Below are positions 1 through 9,830 of a stretch of 64,000 nt of DNA, piece after piece (position 1 is the stretch's first letter; each line of letters begins with the position of its first letter). Position numbers and translations under genes: made by a program. The notes under the pieces are model-generated. The model was not told the origin of the DNA. It was given only the letters and a program-made list of their open reading frames with translations, and made no database searches. The DNA is from Nitrospirales bacterium (GTDB lineage Bacteria > Nitrospirota > Nitrospiria > Nitrospirales > UBA8639): contig OY820905.2 in NCBI GenBank assembly GCA_963555755.3, positions 2,496,001 through 2,560,000 on the forward strand, read 5' to 3'.

Positions 1-524
1 ATATCGTTTTGGAGGGTCCCGCCAAGTTGTTGAAGTGAGATCCCTCGTTCTTCCGCCACAGCTAAATACATGGCGAAGATCACCGCTGCCGGACCATTGA
101 TGGTCATGGAGGTTGTCACCTGATCGAGGGCAATGGCTTCAAACAATCTGTCCATATCATCAATTGACGAAATGGCCACCCCGCAATAGCCCACTTCCCC
201 GCGGGATCGGGGATCATCGGAGTCCAGTCCCATTAACGTGGGCATATCAAAGGCGGTGCTAAGCCCGGTTTGCCCTTGGGCCAGCAGATATTTAAATCGA
301 TCATTGGTGTCGGCAGCAGACCCGAAGCCGGCAAATTGGCGCATGGTCCACAACCGACCACGGTACATGGTGGGATAAATCCCACGCGTATAAGGAAACT
401 CTCCAGGATCGCCAAGGTCTCGATCAGCATCCCATTCTTTAAGGTCATCTTTGGTATAAAGACGAGAAACGGGAAGCCCCGACAGGGACGAGAAGCGATC
501 CTTCCGTTCGGAGATTCCCGGCAT
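1..524 (-). CDS. Methylmalonyl-CoA mutase family protein, large/N-terminal subunit (runs off the left edge)
   Basis: Own translation from ATG at 524 with [25 protein letters not shown]...[29 protein letters not shown]...[10 protein letters not shown]...GTLQNDI, all MCM motifs. Absent from the ORF track because it is truncated. Confidence 0.93.
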   Translation of the reverse strand, partial: MPGISERKDRFSSLSGLPVSRLYTKDDLKEWDADRDLGDPGEFPYTRGIYPTMYRGRLWTMRQFAGFGSAADTNDRFKYLLAQGQTGLSTAFDMPTLMGLDSDDPRSRGEVGYCGVAISSIDDMDRLFEAIALDQVTTSMTINGPAAVIFAMYLAVAEERGISLQQLGGTLQND

Positions 525-616
525 TATAGTAAGACCTCCTTCGTGAAGCGTAATGTGTGAAGCGTGAAACGTAAAAACAAAAAGGGTTTCATTTCTGACT
601 CATCACGGTTCACGCA

Positions 617-1483
617 TTACGTCTTCTGATATTCGTAAAACCCTCTTCCCGTTTTTCGTCCCAACCATCCGGCCTCCACATATTTCCGGAGTAGGGGACA
701 AGGCCGGAATTTGGGATCGCCCATGTCTTGGTAGAGCGTTTCACAAATAGCCAAGACGGTGTCGAGACCAATCCGATCGGCCAACGCAAGAGGACCCATG
801 GGCTGATTCGTTCCCAAAACCATCGCTTGATCGATGCCTTCAGCAGGGGCTACCCCCTCAGCTAAGGCAAACACCGCTTCGTTTACCAGAGGAATCAATA
901 TGCGGTTCACAATAAACCCTGGAGCATCTTTTGATGCGATAGGCGTCTTCCCCATTTTTTTCGCGAGTTCGACCACGAGCGTGGTCGTCTCATCACTTGT
1001 CTCCAAGCCACGAATGACTTCTACTAATTTCATGACAGGGACGGGATTCATAAAATGCATCCCCACGACTCGATCACCCCGGCCTGCAGCTTTTCCCAAT
1101 TTTGTGATAGATATCGAAGACGTGTTGCTGGCCAACACCACCTCTGGTTTGCAAATCTGACCAAGTTCCAAAAAGATCTTTGACTTAAGATCAGGTTGCT
1201 CCGACGCGGCTTCAACAATGAATTGGGCTTCGGCCATGGCATCGAGTGACTGGCATGTCTTGATTCGACTCGCTGCCTCCACAACCTCCGAGGCGGTCAT
1301 CTCACCGGCTTCATGCTGCTTGGTAAACCCTTTCTGAATTCCAGCAAGCGCCTTGGTGAGGCGCTCAGGAGTCACGTCCAGCAGCAAGACTTCAAAGCCT
1401 GCTTTTGCACTGACCAGGGCAATGCCAGCTCCCATCTGGCCAGCACCGATGATTCCGATTCGTGTGATGTCGGAAAGTGTCAT
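617..1483 (-). CDS. 3-hydroxybutyryl-CoA dehydrogenase
   Basis: GIIGAGQMGAGIA Rossmann motif, ASNTSSISI, GMHFMNP, PGFIVNR, GRKTGRGFY. True start is MTLSD at 1483; the track's N-terminal extension is translated repeat DNA. Confidence 0.93.
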   Translation of the reverse strand: MTLSDITRIGIIGAGQMGAGIALVSAKAGFEVLLLDVTPERLTKALAGIQKGFTKQHEAGEMTASEVVEAASRIKTCQSLDAMAEAQFIVEAASEQPDLKSKIFLELGQICKPEVVLASNTSSISITKLGKAAGRGDRVVGMHFMNPVPVMKLVEVIRGLETSDETTTLVVELAKKMGKTPIASKDAPGFIVNRILIPLVNEAVFALAEGVAPAEGIDQAMVLGTNQPMGPLALADRIGLDTVLAICETLYQDMGDPKFRPCPLLRKYVEAGWLGRKTGRGFYEYQKT

Positions 1484-1498
1484 GTCTCGTTTCCTTTG

Positions 1499-1620
1499 GG
1501 GAATGTTGAAAAAAGCCGCCAGCGGCGTTCTCGCCCTTTTGCCGTGCTCACGTACTGAGAGTACGCTCCGCGCGTCAAAAGGGCTGCGGCCTTGCTGGAC
1601 GAACTTTTTTGAACATTCCC
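1499..1620. repeat. Palindromic MITE/ERIC-like repeat, family A copy 1
   Basis: Ends GGGAATGTTGAAAAAAG / CTTTTTTGAACATTCCC with core CTCACGTACT-GA-GAGTACGCTCCG. Seven copies in the window. Confidence 0.85.
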
Positions 1621-1663
1621 TGTGAAGCGTGATGCGTAAAACCAAAAAATTCCTTGGCTTTCT

Positions 1664-2858
1664 TTACGCATCACACTTCTGAATCATCACAGCCAATGCT
1701 TCGCCTCCGCCAATGCACAGACTAGCAATACCCAATCGCCCTCCTCGGGCCTCTAGCGCGTATAACAGCGTGGTGAGAATCCGAGCCCCGGTTGCGCCGA
1801 TGGGGTGTCCAAGTGCTACCGCGCCTCCATTCACGTTGACTTTAGATGGATCCAACCCAAGCTCCCGGTTCACCGCCAATGCAACGGAACTAAACGCCTC
1901 GTTGATTTCAAAAAGGTCGATTTGATCAATCGTATGGCCGGTTCGCTTGAGAAGATTTCGTACGGCATCCACCGGAGCGATGGTGAACCACTCAGGGGCC
2001 AATGCAGCTCCGGCATACCCCACGATTCTCGCTAGCGGCTTCATGCCTCGGTTAATAGCTACCTGTTCTTCCATGACCACCATGGCGGCAGCCCCGTCGT
2101 TGCAAGAGGGGGAATTGCCCACGGTCAACACCCCGTCGTCCTGAAACGCGGGTTTCAAGAAAGGCATTTTTTCCAGATTGACCCGATTAGGTTCTTCATC
2201 GTCGATCACAATGACCGGGTCTCCTTTTTTTGTGAGGAATTTCTACCGAGACGATTTCGTTTTTGAATGCCCCTGAAGCCATGGCCATTCGAGCCCGGCG
2301 ATAACTCTCTAGAGCAAACTCATCGGCTTCTGTGCGCGTGATGCCATATTTCTTTGCGCACAGCTCACCGCCATGTCCCATGTGAAATTGATTGTACACA
2401 TCCCATAACCCATCTTTGATCAGACTGTCCTCAAGTTCGCCGTGGCCCAGTTGATACCCCTGGCGTGCTCGCATGAGCAGATAGGGTGCGTTGGTCATAT
2501 GCTCCATCCCACCAGCCACGAAAATACTTCCGTCCCCCAGTTGAATGTGTTGGGACGCCATGATCACGGTTTGCAAACTCGATCCACAGACTTTGTTGAC
2601 GGTGGTGGCTCCGACGGAGTGAGGGATTCCTGCTCCGATCGATGCTTGTCGAGCTGGAGCTTGACCAAGACCAGCTGCCAACACGCATCCCATGAACACA
2701 CTGTCTACATGCTCCCCGGGAAGATCGATTCGTTTTAGGGCTTCCGCGATGGCCACACTTCCTAGCTTGGTGGCTGACAGGGGACTGTAGGCCCCACTAA
2801 AACTTCCCAGGGGAGTTCTGACCGCACTGACGATGACGGGCTGGTTTTGTTTGTTCAT
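1664..2858 (-). pseudogene. Acetyl-CoA acetyltransferase (thiolase), split by a +1 frameshift in an A7 run at 2225-2231 (possibly a sequencing error)
   Basis: N-half has VSAVRTPLG and NKVCGS; C-half has EINEAF, GHPIGATG and SLCIGGG. Removing one A gives the continuous read IPHKKGDPVIVIDDEEP. Confidence 0.85.
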
Positions 2859-2865
2859 AGTGGCT

Positions 2866-4023
2866 TCACCACTCCTGCGACTCGATAGATTGTTTGACCT
2901 TCTGCATGAATTGATCCGCCATGGCTCCATCAATCATCCGATGATCAAACGATAAACTCAGATAGGCCATGGGTCTGATTGCAATCGCATCATTGATGGC
3001 CACGGGTCGTTTTTGAATTGCGCCTACACCCAGGATGGCCGTTTCGGGTTGGTTGATGATGGGGGTCCCCAATAGACTTCCCGAGCTGCCATGATTGGTA
3101 ATGGTAAACGTGCCTCCCTGAACCTCATCCGGGATGAGTTGCTTGGATCGAGCGCGTTGAGCCAGATCGGCGATGTTCTCCCCTAGTTGAGACACGTCTT
3201 TTTGATCAGCATGACCGATCACGGGCACCAAGAGGCCATCGTCAAGGGCGACTGCAATCCCAATGTTGATATGATTCTTCATGACGATACCGGTATCACT
3301 CCATGACGAGTTCACCTGAGGGTAGGTTTTCAAGGCCTGTGCTACGGCTTGAACAACAAATGGTAAGTATGTGAGCTTGAGATTTTTTCGAGTGGGTTCG
3401 ATTACTGAAAAATCTACTTCAAAAACCGTGGTGACATGGGCGGCTGTCCGACGACTATCCATCATCCGCTCAGCGATGGTTTGCCGCATGGTCGTCAATG
3501 GAATCACGGTATCCTGGGAAGTATGATCTTGCCCAACGGACTGGCCTTTCCCATTGGCGGAAATCTCTGTGGTATCCTCTTTGGTGGCTATGAGCGCGCG
3601 AATATCTCGTATGGTGATACGTCCTTCTCCACCAGTTCCTTGTATTGTAGAAAGATCCACGCCATGTTCTTTGGCTAAGTGTTTGACGGCGGGAGAAAGA
3701 TGGAGATGGGGATCCGAGTCAGGTGGGATGATCTTCTCTGAATCCTTTTTCCCGTTGGACGTTGGTTGCGGAGCGACGTTGGAAGACTCGACGGCCAAAC
3801 GGGCAATGGGTGTTCCCACCGGAACCGTTTCCCCTTCCTGGATCAGAATTTCCATGAGTGATCCGCATTCAGGCGAGGGAATTTCGAGGGCCACTTTGTC
3901 CGTTTCCACCTCCAATAGGGCCTGATCCTTTTCCACATGGGCTCCTGTGGCCACGAGCCACTTCAAAATGGTGCCTTCGGCAGTGCTTTCACCTAATTGG
4001 GGCATGATAATATCTGTCGCCAT
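2866..4023 (-). CDS. 2-oxoacid dehydrogenase E2, dihydrolipoamide acyltransferase (likely branched-chain type)
   Basis: Lipoyl domain VETDK, E3-binding GTGGEGRI, catalytic SFDHRMIDG. Confidence 0.93.
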   Translation of the reverse strand: MATDIIMPQLGESTAEGTILKWLVATGAHVEKDQALLEVETDKVALEIPSPECGSLMEILIQEGETVPVGTPIARLAVESSNVAPQPTSNGKKDSEKIIPPDSDPHLHLSPAVKHLAKEHGVDLSTIQGTGGEGRITIRDIRALIATKEDTTEISANGKGQSVGQDHTSQDTVIPLTTMRQTIAERMMDSRRTAAHVTTVFEVDFSVIEPTRKNLKLTYLPFVVQAVAQALKTYPQVNSSWSDTGIVMKNHINIGIAVALDDGLLVPVIGHADQKDVSQLGENIADLAQRARSKQLIPDEVQGGTFTITNHGSSGSLLGTPIINQPETAILGVGAIQKRPVAINDAIAIRPMAYLSLSFDHRMIDGAMADQFMQKVKQSIESQEW

Positions 4024-4043
4024 GTCTGCCTCCGTCTTTCGGA

Positions 4044-4186
4044 CGTGATGCGTGATGCGTAATGCGTGACCCGTAAAGAATGAAAAACTTCTAGTCTTTT
4101 CGCATTACGCGTCACGCATTACGCCTCACGTTGTTTTCCTCTTGTCTTTACACTTCACGTATCACGCATCACGCATCACGCGTTAC
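4044..4186. repeat. Heptamer tandem repeats (CGTGATG/CGTAATG and reverse complement) in inverted blocks
   Basis: cgtgatg cgtgatg cgtaatg cgtga...cgcatta cgcgtca cgcatta cgcctca...tcacgca tcacgca. Similar arrays at 541-620, 1621-1676, 11946-12020, 12793-12862 and 13820-13885. Confidence 0.8.
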
Positions 4187-4197
4187 GTTTTCCCCTC

Positions 4198-5187
4198 TCA
4201 ATACGTTGCCAATTGACGAGCCGCTCGAAGCACATCATCGACCTTTGGTAAAAAGAACTCTTCCAATGGAGGGCTATAGGGAACTGGTGTATCAGGAGCG
4301 GCGATTCGAAGAATGGGCCCATCCAGGTGATCGAAACAGTATTCACTGATCAACGCGGAGATTTCCGCCCCAATGCCTCCGGTTTTCGTGGCCTCATGTA
4401 AGACGATGACCTTGCTGGTTTTCCGAACCGACTCCAGAATGGCTTCTTGATCCAATGGCAAAAGCGTGCGCAGATCCACCACTTCGAGGTCGATAGCTTC
4501 TTTTTCCAAGATTTCCGCCGCTTCTAAAGCCAGAGGAACCATGGCGCCATAAGTGATGACAGATATGTCGCGACCCGTTCGTTTGACGTCGGCTTTCCCA
4601 ATAGGAACGATGTAGTCCTCTTCTGGCAGCACTTCCTTGGCACGACGATACAGGTATTTATGTTCAAAATAGATCACGGGATTGTCATCGCGAATGGCGG
4701 CCTTCAGCAGACCCTTGGCATCATAGGGTGTGGATGGGGCTACAAGTTTTAAGCCCGGCGTATGGAAGAACCAAGCTTCGGGACAGACTGAATGGAACGG
4801 TCCGCCATGGATTCCCCCTCCATAGGGCGCCCGAATGACCATCGGAACAGCAGCACCCCATCGATAATGATTCTTGGCGGCAACCTCGGTGATTTGATCA
4901 AACGCGCAGGAAATGAAATCAGCAAATTGCATCTCCACCACCGGACGCATGCCCATCATAGCTGCTCCAATCGCGGCTCCAACAAACCCTGATTCCGCGA
5001 GTGGCGTATCCAGCACGCGCCATTCACCGAACTTTTTTTGAAATCCCTCGGTGACACGAAACGCCCCGCCATAAGGGCCAATGTCTTCTCCAAGAAGAAA
5101 CACTCGCTCGTCTCGGCTCATTTCTTCGTCTAAGGCTTGTGAGATGGCTTCTAAATAGGTCACTTCCTGAGAGATCGCTGTGGTCAT
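4198..5187 (-). CDS. 2-oxoacid dehydrogenase E1 beta subunit
   Basis: GEDIGPYGGAFRVT, DTPLAESG, EMQFADF, GGPFHS, VDLRTLLPLD. Confidence 0.94.
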   Translation of the reverse strand: MTTAISQEVTYLEAISQALDEEMSRDERVFLLGEDIGPYGGAFRVTEGFQKKFGEWRVLDTPLAESGFVGAAIGAAMMGMRPVVEMQFADFISCAFDQITEVAAKNHYRWGAAVPMVIRAPYGGGIHGGPFHSVCPEAWFFHTPGLKLVAPSTPYDAKGLLKAAIRDDNPVIYFEHKYLYRRAKEVLPEEDYIVPIGKADVKRTGRDISVITYGAMVPLALEAAEILEKEAIDLEVVDLRTLLPLDQEAILESVRKTSKVIVLHEATKTGGIGAEISALISEYCFDHLDGPILRIAAPDTPVPYSPPLEEFFLPKVDDVLRAARQLATY

Positions 5188-6221
5188 ACATGTACCTCCT
5201 CAAGCGTCTCAGCATAGACGCCATCCAATGTCTCGGAGCCTTCAGGGAGAGGACTCTCTTCAGCGAACTCCACCGCGGTATCAATTTCCTTTTTCACTCG
5301 TTCTTGGATTTCCATCAATACTGATTCATCCGCGTAGCCCATGGTTTTCAGAGCATATTCAACTTTGAGAATGGGATCTCTGCGTTTCCATTCTTCCAAT
5401 AACTCACGAGGGACGTACTTGGCGGAATCGTGCTCTGCATGGCCATGCATTCGCATGGTTTTGCATTCAATGAAGGAAGGCCCGTGCCCTTCCCGCGCAC
5501 GTTTGATCACCCGCTGAGCTGTGACATACACCGCGGCGACGTCATTCCCATCGATAATTTCACTGGGGATGCCATAGGCCTTGGCCCGGTCTGCCACGTC
5601 GGGAGTTCCCATCTGAAGCTCAAGGGGCGTGGAGTAGGCATATTGGTTGTTGCAGCAGAAAAAGACCACGGGAAGTTTGCGAACCGCGGCGAAGTTGAGG
5701 GCTTCATGAAAGTCGCCACGGCTTGTTCCGCCATCTCCGGTATTCGCCACGACTACCTGAGATTGCCCTCGGATTTTAAACGCGAGAGCGGCTCCCGTGG
5801 CAAGAGGGAGGTTGTCAGCCAGATGGCTCACAAAGGCAAAAATTCCCCGTTTTAAATCACCCATATGCACGTTGGCATCTTTTCCTTTGGTGGGGCCTGT
5901 GCGTTTGCCCAGGTATTGAGCGAGGATTTCTTCAGGCTTCATGCCACGAATCAGAAACGCTCCCATGTCGCGATGCATAGGGGCGATGACATCGCCAGCC
6001 TCAAGCGCGTACGCGTACCCAACAGAAATGGCTTCCATTCCGTGGGAGGTGTACACTCCACCAACAATTCGACCTTGTCGGTAGAGTGCGGTCACTCGAT
6101 CTTCAAGGGTTCGTGTGAGGCAGAGGTAATAGTACAGTTGAAGGTAGTCAGCTTTTGACACCTTACTGAAGGGCTTCCTTCTGTCCTCCGGGCTGTCTCT
6201 TCGTTCTATGTCCATACTCAT
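5184..6221 (-). CDS. 2-oxoacid dehydrogenase E1 alpha subunit (TPP-dependent)
   Basis: TPP motif GDGGTSRGDFHEALNFA...CNNQYA and RMHGHAEHD; 4-bp overlap with E1 beta. Confidence 0.94.
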   Translation of the reverse strand: MSMDIERRDSPEDRRKPFSKVSKADYLQLYYYLCLTRTLEDRVTALYRQGRIVGGVYTSHGMEAISVGYAYALEAGDVIAPMHRDMGAFLIRGMKPEEILAQYLGKRTGPTKGKDANVHMGDLKRGIFAFVSHLADNLPLATGAALAFKIRGQSQVVVANTGDGGTSRGDFHEALNFAAVRKLPVVFFCCNNQYAYSTPLELQMGTPDVADRAKAYGIPSEIIDGNDVAAVYVTAQRVIKRAREGHGPSFIECKTMRMHGHAEHDSAKYVPRELLEEWKRRDPILKVEYALKTMGYADESVLMEIQERVKKEIDTAVEFAEESPLPEGSETLDGVYAETLEEVHV

Positions 6222-6244
6222 TATTTGTACCTCCTTGCGGTGAT

Positions 6245-7954
6245 CTATCCCTTCACCACAGATTCCTTAAAACATTTGTCACGGTATGCACGTAATGTTT
6301 CTGATAGTCGCGATTTCAGTTCCAATCGTTTTGGTTTTCCCGTGGCGGTGTACGGGATATCGTCACCGAACAGAATGACTTTGGGACATTTGGCGAATGG
6401 GAGTCGGCTTTGGCAAAACTTCATGATGTCCGATTGAGATGGCGTGCTGGCTCCTTCGTGAATAACCACATATCCGGCTATTTCTTCGCCGTAAAAGCGG
6501 TTTTCGAATGGCACGGCCATCGCGAATTTGACTGAAGGATGTCCCCGGAGGACCTCATCAATTTCCAGCGGAGAGATATTCACCCCTCCTCGAATAATCA
6601 GTTCCTTGATCCTTCCCGAAATAAAGAAAAATGGACGGCCCTGTTGATCCCGCACAAAAAATCCTTCGTCCCCTGAACGGAACCAACCCCATTGAAACGC
6701 GGCCTCGTTTGCATCCGGGCGCTTGAGGTATCCAGAGCAGATCGTTTGGCCTCGAATGCAGATCTCACCTCTTGTTCCTTCCGGGACTGAGTGCCCTTGC
6801 CCATCCAGGATGGCCATTTCATTGTGGTGAATAGGCACGCCAATGGAGGGAAACTCATAGTGGGTCAGCCAATGATGGTGCTCCTCGGCTGATAAGTCAT
6901 TTGGTAAAAAACAGGAGTAACACGTGGTTTCTGACAGTCCATAGCCATGACGAATAGGAACCTGGAAGTGGTTTTCGAAGTGTGTCGCTGTTTCTTTTAA
7001 TAAGGGCCCTGCACCGCAAATCAGTCCGCGAAATCCATTCAATTGAAAAGGTGCATAATCTGTTCCGGATTCGAGTAAGAATTCCAACAGTGTGGGTACC
7101 ACACTGGCACACACCACATGTTCCTCTTGCACTCGTGACCAAAATACACCCGACTTGAATTTTTTGTTGAGGACGGCTTTCCCTCGGAAGTAGAACGGGG
7201 TGATCAGGGTGACGACGATACCATTCACGTGGTGAATCGGGAGGACGCACATGAGACAATCACCTTGCCCAAATCCGTGCCATTGGGTAATGGCGTCGGC
7301 ATCGATGAGAAGATTTTCCATGGTGAGTATGACGCCCTTTGGGGGGCCTGTTGTTCCGGAGGTGTAAATGATGAGCGCTTCATCCTCTATTCGGTCTTTC
7401 CAAGTCGGGGAAATAGGTTTCGCTTGAGATAGGTTCTGGGTTAGTGCACAACGTTGGGGATCATCCAAAACTAAGATGGCTTCCTGAAGGTATGGCAGTT
7501 CATCGATAAATTCCTGAATTTCATCGTAGGCATCACCCCAGCAAAACACGACCGACGCCTCTGAGTGTTCGAGGATATACCGTTTCTTGTCAGCGGATTC
7601 GGCAATGTTGATGGGGACGATAGTGGCACCTAAAGTCCAGACCGCAAAGTAAATCAAAACGGTTTGGTCATGATTGAATAACACCGTGGCAAGACGATCC
7701 CCTCGCTTGATGCTCAGTCGATCACGGAGAACCGAGGCCATTTTTGCTACTGCCTCGCCAAATTCCCCATAGGTGTAGGTTCGGTGGACCAACTGATCAT
7801 CGTCGTGGTAACTCAAAAATGTGTGTTGCGAAAGTTGTAGATCGTGAACTCGTTCGTAGAACAGACCAGAGAAAGAGGAAAAGGGAAACTGGTGAGGTGG
7901 CGTACAACTTTGATGCGCTCCCATGATGCTGTCCTCAATGGTGGTGGAGGTCAT
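6245..7954 (-). CDS. Class I adenylate-forming enzyme (acyl-CoA synthetase/AMP-ligase)
   Basis: IIYTSGTTGPPKG, GYGLSET, RSGDEG, GRIKELIIRGGVN, TATGKP. Probable start MTSTT at 7954 overlaps the upstream stop (TGATG). Confidence 0.9.
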   Translation of the reverse strand: MTSTTIEDSIMGAHQSCTPPHQFPFSSFSGLFYERVHDLQLSQHTFLSYHDDDQLVHRTYTYGEFGEAVAKMASVLRDRLSIKRGDRLATVLFNHDQTVLIYFAVWTLGATIVPINIAESADKKRYILEHSEASVVFCWGDAYDEIQEFIDELPYLQEAILVLDDPQRCALTQNLSQAKPISPTWKDRIEDEALIIYTSGTTGPPKGVILTMENLLIDADAITQWHGFGQGDCLMCVLPIHHVNGIVVTLITPFYFRGKAVLNKKFKSGVFWSRVQEEHVVCASVVPTLLEFLLESGTDYAPFQLNGFRGLICGAGPLLKETATHFENHFQVPIRHGYGLSETTCYSCFLPNDLSAEEHHHWLTHYEFPSIGVPIHHNEMAILDGQGHSVPEGTRGEICIRGQTICSGYLKRPDANEAAFQWGWFRSGDEGFFVRDQQGRPFFFISGRIKELIIRGGVNISPLEIDEVLRGHPSVKFAMAVPFENRFYGEEIAGYVVIHEGASTPSQSDIMKFCQSRLPFAKCPKVILFGDDIPYTATGKPKRLELKSRLSETLRAYRDKCFKESVVKG

Positions 7955-8712
7955 CACGCTCCCCCTCCAGTTGTAACGCCCATTTGAGTGGGAGAGGAAT
8001 TGCCGATTATCGTTTCCCGATTCCGTTCCAATCCCATCCAAAACCCTTCGAGATAATCCAACACTTTTTTGACTCCATGGGAAAAGTTGGTTTCCTCGTC
8101 GGCTGATAAGGCTCCATGAGAAGACGAGTGGTCTTCCATAGCGGAAACAGCTTTCTCCATGGCATCCTCGTGTGTCGATTCCAGTTCCCGATGAAAGGTG
8201 AAATATTCCATGTCCATATGAGGGTGCCGGGAGCGTTTGAGCACCAGCAGCCCGGGAAGCAAATGATCCCACATCGTAATGGCCATGTTTTCCAAACCGA
8301 ACGATGCGCCTAAGGCCTGTTCGTGGTTGCCGCTGCTGTACAGCATTTCCATTCCTTCGATGTAGGCTTTGGTCGATGGCATCATGGGTCGGGTGAGGGC
8401 TTCTTGGATGGAAATGCCGACTGACGTGAGAAACCTTCGATACAACAGCTCATGGCGATGTTCCGGTTTCCCATCGCCTAATTCGGAATAGAGCACTCGG
8501 GTGAGTTCTTCGGCAATGGATTCGTCCTCCGTGTTGACTAGTTGCGAAACGAGGATTTTGGGGAAAAACCGAGCGAAGCTATAAAACTCGATGGCAAAGT
8601 CTTGAAGTTCAGGATCGGATAATTCGCCCGTTTGGAAACGAATCAGGTACGGATTATTAATGGCTCCATGTTTAAGGACGAAGTTCCGCTTGTCCTGGTA
8701 AAGAACTGACAT
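7954..8712 (-). CDS. Heme-oxygenase-like diiron (iron-containing redox enzyme; TenA/PqqC/CADD-like) protein
   Basis: E-x6-H-like SELGDGKPEHRHELLY, LGASFGLE and YFTFHRELESTHE ligand pattern. ATG at 8712 follows GAGGAGG. Confidence 0.8.
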   Translation of the reverse strand: MSVLYQDKRNFVLKHGAINNPYLIRFQTGELSDPELQDFAIEFYSFARFFPKILVSQLVNTEDESIAEELTRVLYSELGDGKPEHRHELLYRRFLTSVGISIQEALTRPMMPSTKAYIEGMEMLYSSGNHEQALGASFGLENMAITMWDHLLPGLLVLKRSRHPHMDMEYFTFHRELESTHEDAMEKAVSAMEDHSSSHGALSADEETNFSHGVKKVLDYLEGFWMGLERNRETIIGNSSPTQMGVTTGGGA

Positions 8713-8859
8713 AGTCACCTCCTCGGTCCTGAAAAGATCCTTCTTTATTGGCTACTTTTTTGAGGGGCCTTCTTGCCTTGCCAAGAAAGCCCCTGAGAGC
8801 CACTTTGGTTCCAGGATGTCTTGAAAACTCGCCAAATTGGTATCCCTCACCCTAGGCCT

Positions 8860-9065
8860 TGCCATTATTTATAATTTCGGTTTTATTATATTAATAATAA
8901 AATTTAATTATCCTATCATTTTTTTCAATATAACGATCAATTATGCTATGTTTTATGACGTATATGCTTATTGTAAATAATTACTCTAAATTTAATGATT
9001 GCAATACCCGATAAAAAATAATAAACTTTTATTATTAATTATAATATATTATTATCATGAGAGTC
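8860..9065. promoter_or_regulatory. Very AT-rich divergent promoter region between the two catabolic operons
   Basis: About 200 bp of almost pure A/T with the imperfect palindrome TTTTATTATATTAATAATAAAA (8881-8902), lying between divergent start codons. Confidence 0.55.
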
Positions 9066-9242
9066 TACCAGTCGCAACAGTTTTTTTCTATGACAGATGG
9101 GTGAGGAATCGCCCGATACGGAAAGATAGGTGCCTCTACCCAAGGCAACCTAATCATGGATTGCACCAAACGTTCGGCAAAGGAAAAACAACACCCAGTG
9201 TGGAATGAGTTACGACAGAACACATAATGAGGAGGTAGGCGT

Positions 9243-9815
9243 ATGGCAGGCACACTCGGCATTGATCACATAACGCTTTGCGTCCCTGATCTTGGGGCGG
9301 CGGAGTTCCTATTCAATCAGGTGCTCGGGTTTCACACTATTTGGTCTGCTCAGGATGTAGGGACGGAAAAATCCAGCATGGATACTATTGTGGTCCAACG
9401 GGATAGCATCAAAGTCGCGTTGATGCAGGGCAATGACAAACAAGAAAAGTCACAAATCACAGACTTTGTTGAACGATATGGTCCGGGGGTTCAGCATGTG
9501 GCCATCGAAGTCGATGATATCGAGGCTGTGTCCAATGAGTGGGAGGACCAAGGGGTGAAATTTTCTGGGCCAATCAAGGAGGGGAAAGATGGTTTTGGGC
9601 CCCTGAGACAACGATTTACTTGTCCCCTCTTTCCCGGCAGTGGAGTGTTTTTTGAACTCACTCAACGTCAACATGGGGAAGAAACATCGCGGACGTTTGT
9701 CAAAGGAACCGTGGAGTCCTTGTATCGTGACATCGAAAAGCAACAATCAGCCGGAGTTGGAGATACCATCATTGACTATAGTCGCCAGCATCAATGCGTG
9801 GATAATGAGAAATAG
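9243..9815 (+). CDS. VOC-family protein resembling the catalytic C-terminal domain of 4-hydroxyphenylpyruvate dioxygenase
   Basis: IDH..., SQITDFVERYGPGVQHVA..., FFELTQR..., LYRDIEKQQ give the His-His-Glu triad. Directly upstream of hmgA. Confidence 0.75.
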   Translation: MAGTLGIDHITLCVPDLGAAEFLFNQVLGFHTIWSAQDVGTEKSSMDTIVVQRDSIKVALMQGNDKQEKSQITDFVERYGPGVQHVAIEVDDIEAVSNEWEDQGVKFSGPIKEGKDGFGPLRQRFTCPLFPGSGVFFELTQRQHGEETSRTFVKGTVESLYRDIEKQQSAGVGDTIIDYSRQHQCVDNEK

Positions 9816-9830
9816 GACCAGGAGAGGACT

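Noticed and set aside
7955..8272. 105-aa N-terminal extension of the acyl-CoA ligase in the ORF track
   Set aside because: It overlaps the upstream HDO gene in another frame; the coupled start at 7954 is more plausible.
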